Below are positions 14,601 through 30,887 of a DNA stretch of 64,000 nucleotides, piece after piece; position 1 is the first letter of the stretch, and every line of letters begins with the position of its first letter. Position numbers and translations under genes: made by a program. The stretch lies in NCBI RefSeq assembly GCF_009914755.1, contig NC_060934.1; one strand, written 5' to 3'. The notes under the pieces are model-generated. The model was given only the letters and a program-made list of their open reading frames with translations. It had not been told where the DNA came from and did no database searches. This DNA is from the human T2T-CHM13v2.0 reference genome, Homo sapiens.

Positions 14601-16074
14601 ACTCCCCACAGACTTCACCCGCAGCCATGCCGCAGCCACCAGCACCTAACCTCCAGACTCCTGAGGAAGCTAGGCGGCTCCCCTGTGTCACCTCGGCTCT
14701 GCCATCCTTTTCCCTGCCCATACACATGGAGCCCTGGACACGGTGGCCCGCACTGCCCTTGATGGAGTGCCTTGTCCCTGGACCCCTCCCGTGACTCAGC
14801 TCTGCTCCTGTTGGCCTTCTTGTCTTCTGTCTCTGGTCAGCCTCTTTTGGTCTCTCCTGTGGACTTTGCTTCTTGCCCCTGTTCTCTGTGTGTTTCTTGA
14901 TGCTCTTTCCCATGGCCACTCCCTGGAGGCCCCCACATCTGGATTCAGACCCCCTACCCCTCGGGCCTCTTGCGCCTCCTCCACCTAGCCCCTTCCTTCT
15001 TTTTTTCCTTGGCTTCTCCTGTGCACCCACTTTGTTTCCTTCCATTCTGCTGTTCACTCCAGCCTCAATCTCCACTCTCAGTGACTTACTGCTTCCTTCT
15101 CCTGGGGACCTCAGGAAAACGGAGGATTCTGACCCCCACACCTAAGATAATAGGAAAGAGCCTCCCTCCCCCAGGAGAGGGGGCTGCCCCTGCCCACTGC
15201 CCCTGGCCAAGTCCAGGCTTCAGGCTGGCTCTGCCTTTCCAGGCCATGGATGATGTTTGAATGAGGCCCTGGGCAGGGCGTGGAGATGGAGTGAGCCCTC
15301 GAGTCCTGGGTGGTGGATGCTCTTGTCTCCAGGAGAGATGCTGCCCAGTGCTGGCGTGTGGACACCGTGCCATTTAGTCTTCCCCAACTAGCTTTTCCTT
15401 TGGAGGAGAAAAGATTGTCTGACTTGTGGCAATACTTTTAGTTCCATAACTGTAAACTTTTCTTTCTCTTTTTTGGTGGCATTTATAAAAATTCCCTGTC
15501 CTACATATCTGACCACATTTTTAAAACATTTATTAGTTTGGATGTTCATGTTTAAATCACATGATGTAAAATGTTTGTTGAGACACAGCTGAAGGATTGT
15601 TGAAAAGCAACTGTAGAGAAGCAGCAGGAGCTTGTTTAAGGGGTGGGAGGTGTGGGCGGCAGTTCTGGACAGTGATTGCTGTTCGGGACACTGGGATGCT
15701 TCTCCTTTCTGGCTTCCTGGGATTTTTTTTCCTGGGCAGGTTCTATTAAACCTTGCTTAATGAAGGCACTGGCACTGATAGTGGCTTGCATTTGGCAAGA
15801 CATGGCTGTTCCTGGGTACCAGGCAGTGGCACCGGAACTCATTAAGAAGGTGACTAATTTCAGGGCCGTGTTAACATAGACTGAGGCTCCATCATGGTTC
15901 CCAGGTGTTTGTCGGTCGCCGCTGGAGACCATTGTGTGGATCAGTCACATGGTCTGCTGCAGTGTGAGTGACAGACGGTGACTTGCTATCAGTATGCAAA
16001 GGTCACCCGGTGACTATTCCAAGAAGTGTCATTTTCCAGTGGAGAATGGGACTTTTTTTTTTTCCTGTTAATAA

Positions 16075-16926
<852 letters not shown>

Positions 16927-17607
16927 CTGTTTCTGTTGAGTTGACTGAAGAAAGGATATTCGTTTTATTGCTCTATCTACATGGACCTCTCCTGCATTAC
17001 TTCAGTGAGTTGTGAAGGTTGGTCTGGATCGCTTTCCCTCTTTCCTTTTTGAATTGTGCCTTTAGCTGTAGGTTGAACACAGGTGCTATCTTTCACGTTT
17101 TCAGATCTCTGAGATCTTCACTGGGGATCAAGGTCCAAGGAATCAAAGCTCATGCTGTGTTTGCTCCTGAGCAGGAGAGAGCGTTGTTTAGAGGGAGGGA
17201 GAAGGGGAATGCTTGAGGTCAGAATCACAGGACAGCAAATCCGTCTTGAGATTTCAGAAATCACCATAAATCTGTGTCCCTTCCCAGAGAAGAGCGTGTC
17301 AAAATGCAGCATTCGTAATTGAAGAAAGCAAAATCAGCTGACTAAGTCGTAAGACCTAGGATGGTGAAGAGTCTCAGAGTGACCAAAAACACACAGACCC
17401 TGTTCTCAGGGAAGCTCCTGTGCACCGACTGCATGCTCTATAGACCCCTGCCCTGTGGGGGCCCATTCATGCTTACAGGGTACATCCTCTGGGAGAAAGC
17501 ATGACAAGTTGGTACCGGGGAACCTGAGGGCCGGGATGAATTTCAGGATAAAAAGAGCAGACTTAGGGATGCTGCCATAGTATATCGTCTAGATTTGTAC
17601 TGCCCTA

Positions 17608-17760
17608 TTGAAATTCAAATAAAATACAGCTAAATGTTCCATTTCTCAGTCACCCTACCTGTATTTCAAGTGCCTGATGGACACCTGTGCCCAGTGGTGA
17701 CTGTACTGGCCAGAGCTGCTGTAGAATAGTCCCATCACTGCGGAAAGTTCTGCTGGTCAG
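17608..17760. mobile_element. MER3-like hAT-Charlie DNA transposon fragment
   Basis: ctcagtcaccctacctgtatttcaagtgc...catcactgcggaaagttctgctgg resembles MER3. Confidence 0.65.
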
Positions 17761-18147
17761 GTCTGGCTGGACCGTAGACACAGGAGTGGCCATAGCAGTA
17801 GTGCTGGGAGCTGAGAAGGTGCCCAGTGCACAGAGGAGGATGAGCTGGATCGGGGAGGAGAGGTCAGGATTTGATCCTGGAAAGGTGTCATTGTAGTCCT
17901 GGCTCTGTCATCGCTCAGCAAGGCATCGCTCCCGCCACAGGGCCCCAGCCTCCCTGTGTGCCCACCACGGGCCTGGCACTGGCCGCCCTCTGTGCCACTC
18001 AGGGCAGGAGAGTGAGGGTTGTGCCACACATGGGTCCGATTGCTTCTCCATGGCGAGAAGAGGACAGACACTGGGAGGAAAAGTTGAGGAACCTTGACAT
18101 CCCATGCTGCTCTGTCATCCAAGTGGCTTTTTGGTTTTCTAGGCATT

Positions 18148-19894
<1,747 letters not shown>

Positions 19895-21249
19895 CAGGTT
19901 AGGTCTTGAAATTTTTTTGGCAGGGTCACAATTCCATGCACTGCATATGGGAGTGGAAGGGGTATGCCTGCGGGTGGGGAGCCAGGGGCTTGAGCTCCAC
20001 TCTGCATTCACTTTTTGCTCTACCCCAAAGCCTTCCCTTCCCCTGTCCTGCTCCCTCTACCTGTGAGTGTCTGTGTACCCTGGCCATCCTCGATGGCAGT
20101 GAGTCTGAGTATTGGTAGGGTGGGCTAGAGCCTGGGACAGCGAGGCAGCTGGAGGGTGGTTGAGGGTGGACGGGTGCACGCTGGACAGGCAGAATATTCT
20201 GCGCCATTTTGCCTCGTTCCTGCATCTTTCTTCCTCTGCTGTCCTGCACACACTTATCTTCTACCCACTTCTGTTCCCGAAGGGCTCCATTTTGTCAGAT
20301 TATTCAGACCATGAATAAAACACAAGTGTGATGTGCTTCATTCCCCACTCACTGTTTGCAAAACTATTTTCCTGCAGTTCAGACCCTTAAGATACTGTGG
20401 AACTGGACCGTTTTCCTGTCTGTCGACTTCTGAATTTTAAGTGTTTTTCAGAAAGTCTCCATCATTTGGAAGTCACGCTTTGCCTCCTGGAAGCTGTCTA
20501 GACAGGTGACCAGTTTTCACCAATTTGGGGGCTATGGAGGCCTCTTCCAAGGCTCTCTGCCCTCTCCATGAGCCACTTTAGCTAGATGACTGTGCTGGTA
20601 TCAAGTGAAAAAACAAAAAGAATACTTCAGTAATTTAATTCAAATTTGTTCTTGCCTAGATTACGGTAATGCTCCTATTTAGAATGACTTAATTCCTGGC
20701 AAGTGGATTGTGGGAGGTTAAGGAGAGCACCCTGGCTCCAGAGCAGAGAGCAGAAGAGGGTGTTCTTGCTGTCTGTGCTGAGGTTGGCTAAGTCTTTCTC
20801 TTTTTCACGCCTCGTGCTTTTTGCTACGTGGTTTCTGCTGCCTAGCTAGTCATCTGCAAGGCATCACTGTAGCCCTATCCTGATGCCCTGAGTCCTGGTG
20901 GCTTCTACTCTGACCCTTCCTGTTCTTTTATAGATTATTCCATCCTTGACCACATTTTCTTCTGTTCTCCTGTGTGCCTAGCTTTGGGGAAATAAGGATG
21001 AGTCAGGTGCAGGCTTCGGTTGCTCATTTGAACAGTGATTCTGACTACTGTTAGAGAAGGGATATGGGAGAGAAGTGCAGGGGATTTACTTAGCCAAGGC
21101 TGAAGGCAGAGAAAACGGTCATTGCTGCATGGCACAGCTACCTGTGGCCAGAGAGGAGCCATGGCCCAGCTCTTGCTGGGCTGACCCAAAGGCCGAGGAA
21201 TTTTGTGTGCCAGGCACCCATCTGTGACACAACCACGTGGGCCAGGAAG

Positions 21250-21250
<1 letters not shown>

Positions 21251-21280
<30 letters not shown>
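21251..21280. repeat. (TG)15 microsatellite
   Basis: Read directly. Confidence 0.98.
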
Positions 21281-21282
<2 letters not shown>

Positions 21283-22413
21283 CAATTAATGGACAGGATC
21301 CAGAGATGCTGAGAGCAGTCCTGCACAGTGAAGACAGTATCAATATCCCTCTCCCTGAGAAACCCAGGAGACCCGTTCCTCATCATCGATATGCTTCAAG
21401 GAAGGCATAACAAATTGATTTGTGTAGGAACTTGAACTGGATTCACTGAAGAATCTCAGGAAGTTTGTACTTTTTTCAGTTTGGGCTTTGTGATACAGAA
21501 ACACGCAGATACTTGTGGGAACAACGTCCCTCAGGCGTTAAATTGACATTTGGGATTGAGTGAACCGAAGCATTGGTGGTAGAGATGGGGAATGCTATCT
21601 GAAAAACCAGAATCAGCTTTAAGGAAGCTGATTACAAAGAGAATTGATTACAAAAAGTATTTTTGGATTTAAAATACATAAGATGTAGGCAGTCCTAATT
21701 TAATAAGATATAAGGGATTGAAGCAATTGTTGCCATCGTCTTTCTTTTTGTTCTGGACTGCTGTCACACACACCATAGAGATGCCTCCTTGAGTGTCTTC
21801 AAAGTGCTGTGGATTTCCTTTCTTCAGCCGCCTCCGACCATCACGTCCAGCCATCTGTCCTGTTTGATCAAGTCCGCAGAGTGGGTCGAGGGGCACCAAT
21901 TGGCAGAACTGGTCTTGGTGCATTTTCCCCTATCAAGTTTATCTGTTTTTCCGGAGGCTGTTTGGCTCTTCCCCAAATCTTCCAAAGACAGAACACTTAA
22001 GTCTAAAAGGAGGATTTGTGGACCATATATATTTTAGCTCAAAACCTCCAAGTGGAATCATTTTAATGTGCGTTTTCTTGAGAAATATGTAAATTAATAA
22101 TTGCTTCATACATTATTCAAGAAAAACTTATTTTGTATCACCCATAACTCTTCTAATCTTATATAAAGATATGCTAATGGATTTAATTAAAATAATTATA
22201 CTGAATAATGTAGCCTGAACTTTATTCTAAAATAGCATCTATTAATCATCATCATCAGTAATATTTTTAGCCAGAGAGACACTTACAACCTTAAGCTGAT
22301 ACTAGATGGAAAGTGCATTTATTGTTTTATTTTTCAGTTTGGATTAAGTTGGCATTCTCATGAGATCTGGGACAATTACATTTGCTTAGAGACGAGTATA
22401 AAATTTATTTCTG

Positions 22414-22712
<299 letters not shown>

Positions 22713-24094
22713 TTATTTTATTTCTTTAACCTGAAGTATTTCAGCAATTAGAAAACTTTTAGCCTCTTCTGCCCTTTCCTGTTTCTTCTTTTCCCTCTAA
22801 AGCTTTGGTTTCAGTGTGTTCTTGTCCTTTTGGTTCAGTTTTGACCTCAGTTTCCCTCCCAAGAGTTGTGATTGCTGAATACGATGAGTTCCTGATTGCC
22901 TGGATATTAAGAGGTGAACCAAATCTTAAGAGGGACACTCAGCAGCCTGCCTGTCTTAATATAAATAGAAATAGTTTTACCACTGGCTGTGATTCTCTCT
23001 GATTTTGTTTGTGTTATCTTTCTGTGGCTTGCTGGCTTTCCATCAGTGCTCAATGAATGGTTGGGAGCCCTTATGCATTTGGTGGTAATTTCAGTTTCTC
23101 CTTAGGCCTCTCTCATGCCTGAGTGTGCATGGGACCCAGGTATGTGTTCTTGGTGTGTCAGTGGGTCCTGCACACGTGTTGATTGGTCCGAGGACTAAAT
23201 GCAGGTAGAATCAGACCGTCCCCCCACTGGTGGACAGACGAAAGCTTTACCAAGTTGATAGAATAACATAAGCCAGGACTTAAACTGCCATTAAGTTATT
23301 TTACCTAAGTTTAAAATAAAATCTGAAGAAATTACTTGCTTAAATAGCAAACATTTATTTGGTAAGTTCACTTATAACTTAATGAACAGGCGAAGAGTAA
23401 AGAAAGCTAAAATCAGTGACTTCCTCTAAATTGTGTATAGAGTACTCTTCTCTGTTCTTGGCTGGGCCAGGCCATAATGGTGTATTCGTACAGTTTCATG
23501 GTCCATGGTTCATACCTCTGGGGTTGGGGAGCATAAGTGGGCCTCACTCCAAACTCAGCTCTGTCTTTTGGGGACATCCCACGGACTTTGTCCTCCTTCC
23601 CACTTTCGTCCCTCACCCCCAGTGAACTGATTAGTGATTATCCCGCTCTGCTGCAGGGAACCTTGCCAGTGCCTGGGAGGCACCGTGGAGCAGATACCTG
23701 CTGAGGGACTGGCATCCTGGCCTCTCACCCACAATTCAAAACAGCTTTGCACATTCTGAGCACAGTTTTATTTAAATAAAGATCTTCACTGATTTACAAA
23801 AATAACAAAAGGCAAACAAAAACAGGAAAAATCTTCAATGTCCTCAATTTCTATCACCCTGATCTTTTTTGTGATTTGGGAACTGATTCTACTCAGTATT
23901 TGCCACAATGAAGATGGCACTTTACAAATGGAAGTTTGCACCGAATGAAGATTCAGGTTTGAGAGATGTGCACGCTGAGGAGGTTTTCCATGTCAACACG
24001 TGCATGGGTCCACACGCTGTCCTGCCGCCACTGCTGCTGGTAGCTGTGGCCAACGTCTGTTGAGCAGGAGCAATGAGTCGAGCTTATCACATGC

Positions 24095-24245
24095 ACAACA
24101 CGTCATTCCATTCTCCCACAGCCCCTTGAGGCAGGCCCTGTTGATCACCACTGTTTTGCCCATGAGAAGCCCGATAGGAAATGCTACCTTCCCAAATTCA
24201 CATAGCGAGTGATGGAGGAGCCCGGACAGCACCCCAGAGCCCTGA
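24095..24245 (-). mobile_element. MIR fragment
   Basis: ctcccacagccccttgaggcagg...cccaaattcacatagcgagtgatggagg resembles the MIR core. Confidence 0.55.
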
Positions 24246-24979
24246 CCTTGTCTACCATGGTGCTGCCTTCCTTTGATGGTGCTGGTTAGGGTCCCCCACA
24301 TGCATTCATAGATTTTTATTTTTGGAGGTGTCTTTCGGCAGATAAGATTCCACGCAGCACCATCTATCCACAGGGCAGATGTCCCCTGCTTCGTCTGTTG
24401 GGTGCTCTGTGTCTTGACAAGCTATTGAGGCAGGAGCTGTTTCCACTCGAAAGAGACCTGAATTTAGTGAAGCAGCCAGACTCCACAGAGGAAACTGAAG
24501 GTTTTTCCTGCAAGCACAAGCAGAATCCAAAACACTTGAAACTCTGACAAATAACCAATATTAGAAATGAATCAAGCTAGGTGTGGCTCTTACAATAGTG
24601 GGTAATGGAACCCTCCTGCCAAGGAAAGCCAGAGCCTGTGGTAGGAAGGAATCTGAGTTCCCTTTGCATCTTGTCCTTGTCTGGCTAATCAAACTGGATG
24701 GGGAAGACAACTTTTTCCCTTAGTTAAGGAGGTGATTTCTGTGGCTGAATGCAGAGAGAGGAATGCTTCTTGAAAATAAAGAGGTCACGACTATATATGA
24801 AGTTTGCAGTCAGTTTGGGAGTCATGGAGGGTCGACTTCCCAATGTCCTCTGTGAGGACAGAAGGAGACAAAGCAGACTGAAATAGTCTCTGTCCTTACC
24901 TGTGAGGAGCTTATTGTCTATGGGGAATACGGACAAATTGACCTTCCATTGCAGTCCAAATAGGAATGTCTCTAGATGC

Positions 24980-25396
24980 TGTATTCATCTCTTTTGCGTT
25001 GCTATAAAGGATACCCAAGCCTGGGTAACTTATAGAGAAAAGAGGTTTATTTTGGCCCCGGTTCTGCAGGGTGCACAGGAAGCATAGTGCAGTCATCTGC
25101 TTCTGGTGAGGGCTTCCAGAAGCTTCTGCTCATGACAGAAGGTGAAGGGGGAGCAGGCGTGTCACATGGCAAGAGAGGGAACAAGAGAGAGCGCAGGGAG
25201 GTGCCATTGTCTTAAACCGCCAGCTCTCACGTGAACTAATAGAGCGGGAACTCACTGGTTACTGCGAGGAAGGTATCAAGCCATTCATCTGAAACCCTCC
25301 CCTATGACCCAGACACCTCCCACTGTCCCCACCTCCAACACTGGGGATCACGTTTCAGCATGAGAGATGGAGAGGACACACATCCAAACCATATCT
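24980..25396 (-). mobile_element. MSTB-like solo LTR
   Basis: tgtattcatc...gcgttgctataaaggatacc...catccaaaccatatct; degenerate TSD gatgc/gattc. Confidence 0.87.
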
Positions 25397-25699
25397 GATT
25401 CCTAACCTGGCACCTGTGTGTCCTGGACGAAATGATGTCTAAGCTAAGGACTGAGGGGTACCAGAGTCTAACTGTGTGTTTGGGGTGGACTTGGGTGGGG
25501 CGGCAGAGCAGTGACTCCAGAAGAGGGAATAGCATGTGCTCAAGCCTCTGAGCTGGCAGAGGGGCCTGGCCCACCTGGGAAACTGGAAGAGGCTCGGCTT
25601 GGTGGGAGAGAGTCCTGCAGGTACCAAGGGTGAGTCTGGGGTGGTGGGGCCAGAGCCCATGGCCCTCCATGGGTGTGGGATAGGTTCCCTGTGTCCCAT

Positions 25700-26560
25700 G
25701 AGCAGGGGACGTTGCCACAGTATCTAAATTCCATTTGCATTTTCAGAAGGCTGCTCTGGCTGCCCAGTGAGGAGTGTCCTTGAGGGGTCAGCGTGGAGGC
25801 AGGGAGGGCGGGTAGGAGGCTGTGGCAGCAAAGCCAATGGGAGGCAGTAGCCGTGCGGCCCAGGTGCTGTTTGTTCCGGGGGGAGTTAACAGCCTGAACC
25901 GAGGGCTCTGTCGCTGCCTAGAAGGGGGCTGTGAGGAAGAGAGAACACCCGGTGTGATGCCCAGGCCTGTGGCATGCAGCTGGGGCTTGGCGGTGCAGCG
26001 CCTGGCACTGGAATCCCTAGGGAAGGCGAGGCAGCGGTGGCTTCCACCAAGGCAGGGGGAGTTTGCAATGTCTAGGGTCAGCCAGGGTGGACCCCGGTGG
26101 GTGTGGGGTGTGGGTGTTGGGCTCAGGAGGAAGGGGAGCCCTGGAGATGGATCAGAATTGGGAGTCATTGGCATGGCAGGAGGTGAGGTCCCTTGTGGGA
26201 TATGTGGAGGGACCCCGAGGAACCCACAGGCAAGGGGCTGGGGGAGCAGGGCCCTGCGCAGGGAGCTGGAAGGAGGGTGGAGAGGCAGGTGGCCACCCTG
26301 GGAGTGAGGGCCACGCGTGCCCCAGAGGTGAGGTGGCCAAAGTGTCATCAGAAAGGCCACTTGAGAACAGCCTGAAGTCATCGTGGCCTTGGCAGGAACA
26401 GAGCTGTGGTGCGGGCCGGAGTCAGGCTGCAGTGGGAGTGAGGAGGGGTCGTGTGGGAAGTGGACGCAGGCCTTGCCCACACTGTGGGGTATTGTCCGAT
26501 GGAGCAGAGGCTCGCAGGGCCTGGGGCTGCTTTTCCGGGTGAGAGGCTGGTGTGGGCTTC
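25700..26560 (-). mobile_element. Degraded, G-rich L2 fragment(s)
   Basis: Motifs ttgcattttcagaagg..ctctggctgc, ttgggagtcattggcatg and gtcaggctgcagtggg resemble antisense L2. Confidence 0.5.
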
Positions 26561-27799
26561 ATGATAGAAAGCAGGAGGCAGAGGGGTGAGAACTGAAGGC
26601 TCTGAGGAGAGAGAGAGGACAAAGGGCAGGAGGGCCTTGAGCAGACAGCAGGGGAAGAGGTTGGAGCCCCACAGGGCAGGCAGGTGCCCCGAAAACCCAA
26701 GGCAGGGGCAGAGGTTGGGAGCTGGAGTCTTGTGTTTGGTTTGGGTGGTTGGAAGCTTAGCGAGTTCCTTTCTTGTGGTGGCTTTTGTTTTTCTCTGAAG
26801 GAGGTGGTGACATGAGATGGGAGGGGTGGGGGTCAGGCTTGAGAAGAGCAAAGAAAGACTGAGTCAGCCACAGGGGAGAGTGGAGAAGGAGAGGAAACCC
26901 GGCCCTTCAGGAGAACAGGTGGACCCACAGTGTAAGACGTGCCTCTCCTCATGTTTCTTCTGAATTCCGTTCTCTCTGTCCTGTCTTTGTTCTGTCACCC
27001 AGGACTGATAGCAGATGCGGGTTCCTCCCAGTTCTTGCTAAACCTCATTTACCGAAAGACACAAAATCATCTTGGTCGGTTAAGCAGAATTCTGGTTTAA
27101 TCAGCATTTTGGGATCACTGGCATTCCATGTCCCCGCCTCAGGGGGCACAACCCCTTCTCTGAGGGTGTCATCATGACATTTTTGATGCTAGGAGCTCGG
27201 GAAGACCACGGCAGGGAAGACTTTGGGAGCCCTCGCCCCGCTTGGCGGTCTGTCGGTCCCGATTCACACAGTGTCCGGCAGCCCAAGGGGAGCCAGCAGC
27301 AGGTGGGCCATAAAGGCCTGTCTTGTTTGTGGCCGATTCACCCTGGTGAAATGGTATTTATGAACTTGCTACAGGCGGTTGATGCTTTGCTGGGCACAGT
27401 ATAAAATGCATGAAGCCAGTTCGTGCCTCACCCTCTGGGCGTTCGCAAGCGAAACGAGAGACCGGGAGACTGAGCAATCAGCCTGTGTGAACGCTGGCTA
27501 TTAAATGTCACAATAAATGTTTTCTGTTTTTTTTCAAAGCAACACTGAGGTTGTGGAAGCAGAACATTTGAAATCAGAATGAAATTATTACGATTTAGTG
27601 CTCTTTTGAAAAGTTGCATCCCAAAGCAGACGGTTGGGATCTGGTGGGCCTTGAAGGACAGGGCAAACACTGAGGTGAACAACAGCATGGATCGTTCTGG
27701 AGTGGAGATTTATGGGGCTAAAGTTGCTTTATCCTCTACTCTATTTTTGGTGAAGTTGAAGTGTGGCGGTTTTGCAAAATTAGCTTTGGGGCTGCACAG

Positions 27800-27960
27800 A
27801 CCAACCCCAAATCCCAGCAGTGCTGACCTGGGCCAAAGACTTCACTTTCACATGTCTCCACTGTCTCCTCCGTGAAAGGGGATAGTAATAGGCCTCCTTC
27901 ATCAGGTTGCCATGGGGATGTAATGTGTCCATAGAGCCCAGCACCTAGAAACTTGTCTGA
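27800..27960 (+). mobile_element. MIR fragment
   Basis: aaatcccagc..tgacctgggcc..ctccgtgaaaggggatagtaatag..tcaggttgcc. Confidence 0.6.
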
Positions 27961-28136
27961 CAGGTGCAGAATACTTACGTCATAGATGAGGCAACATGAA
28001 CTCACTTGAAATGACTTGACCTGTGCACCAGAGTTGAGACACCAGCCTGCCATTCTTTCAGTCATTTCCCATCCCAGATAGCTATGGAAATATTCCCAGG
28101 TAATATATTCTTAGTCACTTAAAAAATTAAGGTATA

Positions 28137-28438
28137 GGCTGGACACAGTGGCTCACACCTGTAATCCCAGCACTTTGGGAGGCCGAGGTGGGTGGATCAC
28201 TTGAGGTCAGGAGTTTGGTTTGGGTGTTGACCAGCCTGGCCAACATGGCGAAACCTCGTCTCTACTAAAAATACAAAAATTAGCCGGGTGTGGTGGCGGG
28301 CACCTGTACTCCCAGCTATTCAGGAGACTGAGGCAGAAGAATCACGTGAACCCGGGGGGTGGAAGTTGTAGTGAGCCAAGATTGTGCCACTGCACTCCAG
28401 CCCAGGCGGAAGAGTGAAACTCAGTCTCAAAAAAAAAG
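28137..28438 (+). mobile_element. AluSx-like with a short internal GT-rich insertion
   Basis: Full dimer; ggtttgggtgtt inserted before gaccagcc; TSD aaggta(t/c)a. Confidence 0.92.
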
Positions 28439-28439
28439 G

Positions 28440-30120
28440 TACAATTTACATACAGTAAAATTTATTCTTTTTTAATGTACAGCTCTGCCAGTTTTGACAA
28501 AGGCATAATGCATTCATCCCACGGGAGGGCCCCTGAGCCCCCTGTATTCCCCTGCCCGCTTCCCCACCAGCCACTGACATGCTCTCCATTTCTGTAGTTT
28601 TGCCTTTTCCAGAATGTTATGAAAATTGAGTCACATGGGATGCAGCCTCTTGCATATGTCTTGTTTTATTTATCACTGTGTCGTTCACGTGCATCTGTGT
28701 TCTAGGTAACAGTGGTTGGTGCTTCTTGTTACTGCGTCGAGTTCCATTGTATGAATTCCCCTCTTGAAGGGACATTTGGGTTGTTTCTAGTGTTTGGAGA
28801 TTACAAATAAAGCTGCTAGAGACGTCCACATAAGGGTTTTGTAACCGTCATAGGTTTCCTGTCCCATGTACGTGCCAAGTCAATGTGCTGCGACTCTGGG
28901 TTGCAGCAGAGAAAGAGTTTTAATCGTAGGACCGCCAAAACAGGAGAAGGAGGAAACCTCATATTGTCTGCTGCAGGAGTTTGGGGCTAGGTATTGTTAA
29001 GGTTTTCGGAGCAGGCCTAAGTGGGTTGAAGAGCGTGGGGTGAAGGGACAGGGAGATGAAGAAACTGCATTGCATTGCTGATTCCTTTCCTCTGTCGGGG
29101 GTTTTCAAACCAGTTGGCAGCAGCAGTTTCCCTGGAATTCAGGATCTGAGAAACACCTTAAGCAATTCTTAAACAAAAGACTTATGATTCTAATGTCAGA
29201 AATCCTATCTGCAGGAACGTTGGGGATGCAGATGACCAGTATCTAGTGCTGCGTGACTTTGGATTACGAGTAAGTGGGCTGAAGTGCAGCCTGTTCCGTG
29301 CTTAATTATCACTGTATTGCTGTCCAGAGTTCTTGTTAACCTTATGAGGATGCCTTCAGTTTTTGTGAATGTAGGTTTTCACTTCATTTGAGGAGGTGGC
29401 CAGGAGTACAATGGCTGGGTGCTACGGATTATGAATGTTTACCTATGAGAAACTGCTGAACTCTCTTCTAAAGTTGCTGAACTATTTTTGCATTCAGACT
29501 AGCAGTGTTATACAAAGAGCATGTTGTAGGAATTCTGTTTTGTTTTCATGATTCTTATAGATGTTGCTTGTATCTTATTGTCATTTTAATTTGCATTTCC
29601 CTGATGAGTAATGGTGCTGAGTGTCTTTTCAAGTACTTATTTGCCATCCATCTATCTTCTATGGAGAATTGCCTCTTCATCTCTTTTGCCCATTTTGCAG
29701 GGAGGGGAAGATTGTTTTCTCATTATTGAGTTTTAAGGGTTCTTTGTGTATTCTGTGTACTAATCTTTAGCAGATATATGATCTCCAGTCATTTTCTCCC
29801 TGTGTAGTTCATCTTCTGTTATCTCAGTAGTACCTTTCAAAGAGCAGAAATTCTTTATTTTGATGAAGTCCAATTTATCAATTTTTTCTTTTACACATTG
29901 TGCTATTTGTATCATATCTAAGAAATCTTTGCTTAGCCCAAACTCACACGTATTTTCTTCCAAAAGTTTTACAGTTTTTGAAGTTCTACATTTAAGATCG
30001 GTGATCTATTTAAAGTTGAGTTTTGTACAGTGTGAGAGAGGAGGGCATGAAGTTTATTTATTTGCTCATGGTACTGTGTACCTTTGTTACAAATCCATCA
30101 ACCGTCTGTATATGTTCAGG
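28440..30120 (-). mobile_element. Old L1M 3' region split by an ERV1 LTR
   Basis: tacaatttacatacagtaaaatt...aaataaagctgct... and ...ttaatttgcatttccctgatg...tttgatgaagtccaatttatc. ORF 29760..29963 (KEKIDKLDFIKIKNFCS) is L1 ORF2-like. Confidence 0.85.
28840..29358 (-). mobile_element. Class I ERV (MER4-group, LTR8/LTR26-like) solo LTR
   Basis: TG...CA termini, perfect 4-bp TSD gttt (28836-28839 and 29359-29362), gcagcagagaaagagtttaat motif. Subfamily uncertain. Confidence 0.78.
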
Positions 30121-30523
30121 GGAATACTTTTGAAGTGAGTTTCTGCCTACTTGCTTTTGGAGAACAATTGTAAAAATTGTTTCTGTAATTGCGTAGTATT
30201 TTCCAGTGTTCAAAGTGTTACCCTATTCATTTTCCAATTTGATTTTGAGCTTTATTGCAATTCCTTGAAGTATCTGGCGTGAATGTTATTTTCCCTCTTA
30301 CTTAAAGACACAGGTAGAAGGTGGCAGAGCCAGAGTCAGATCACTTAAAATCTGGCAACTTTTCCCAACAGAAGAGAGCAAAGGGACTCAGGGTCTGACT
30401 TTCCCCCGACTGAATTTAATTCTAGCTTAGTTCAGTACTAGCTTTGTGAACAGGGACAAAGTAATTAATGTCTCCATTGTTGGTTTTTTCCTCCTTCCTA
30501 CTCAGCTACCTTCTAATAGGAGG

Positions 30524-30887
30524 TGATATGGTTTGGCTGTGTCCCCACCCAAATCTCATCTTGAATTGTAGCTCTGATAATCCCCATGTGCTGTGGGAGG
30601 GGACCTGTGGGAGGTAATTGAATCATGAGCAGCAGGTTTTTCCTGTGCCGTTCTCATGATGGTGAATAAGCCTCCTGAGATCTGATGGTTTTATAAGGCG
30701 CAATTCCCTTGCACAAACTTTGTTGCCTGCTGCCATGTAAGATGTGCTTTTGCTCCTCCTTCACCTTCCACCATGATTATGAGGCCTTCCCAGCCATGTG
30801 GAACTGTGAGCCCATTAAACCTCTTTCCTTTATAAATTACCCAGTCTCAGGTATTTCTTCATAGTAGGATGAAAATGGACTAATACA
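30524..30887 (+). mobile_element. THE1 (C/D-like) solo LTR, sense to DOCK1, inserted in a MIR
   Basis: tgatatggtttggctgtgtccccacccaaatctc...ggactaataca; perfect TSD ggagg (30519-30523 and 30888-30892). Confidence 0.94.

Noticed and set aside
14493-15373. Multiple ORFs and a pyrimidine/GC-rich block suggesting an exon or CpG island
   Set aside because: CpG-poor, low-complexity translations and no convincing splice pair in frame with DOCK1.
25788-26851. Cluster of long overlapping ORFs (up to 230 aa)
   Set aside because: GC-rich degraded L2-like sequence is depleted of stop codons in several frames on both strands; no coding signature.
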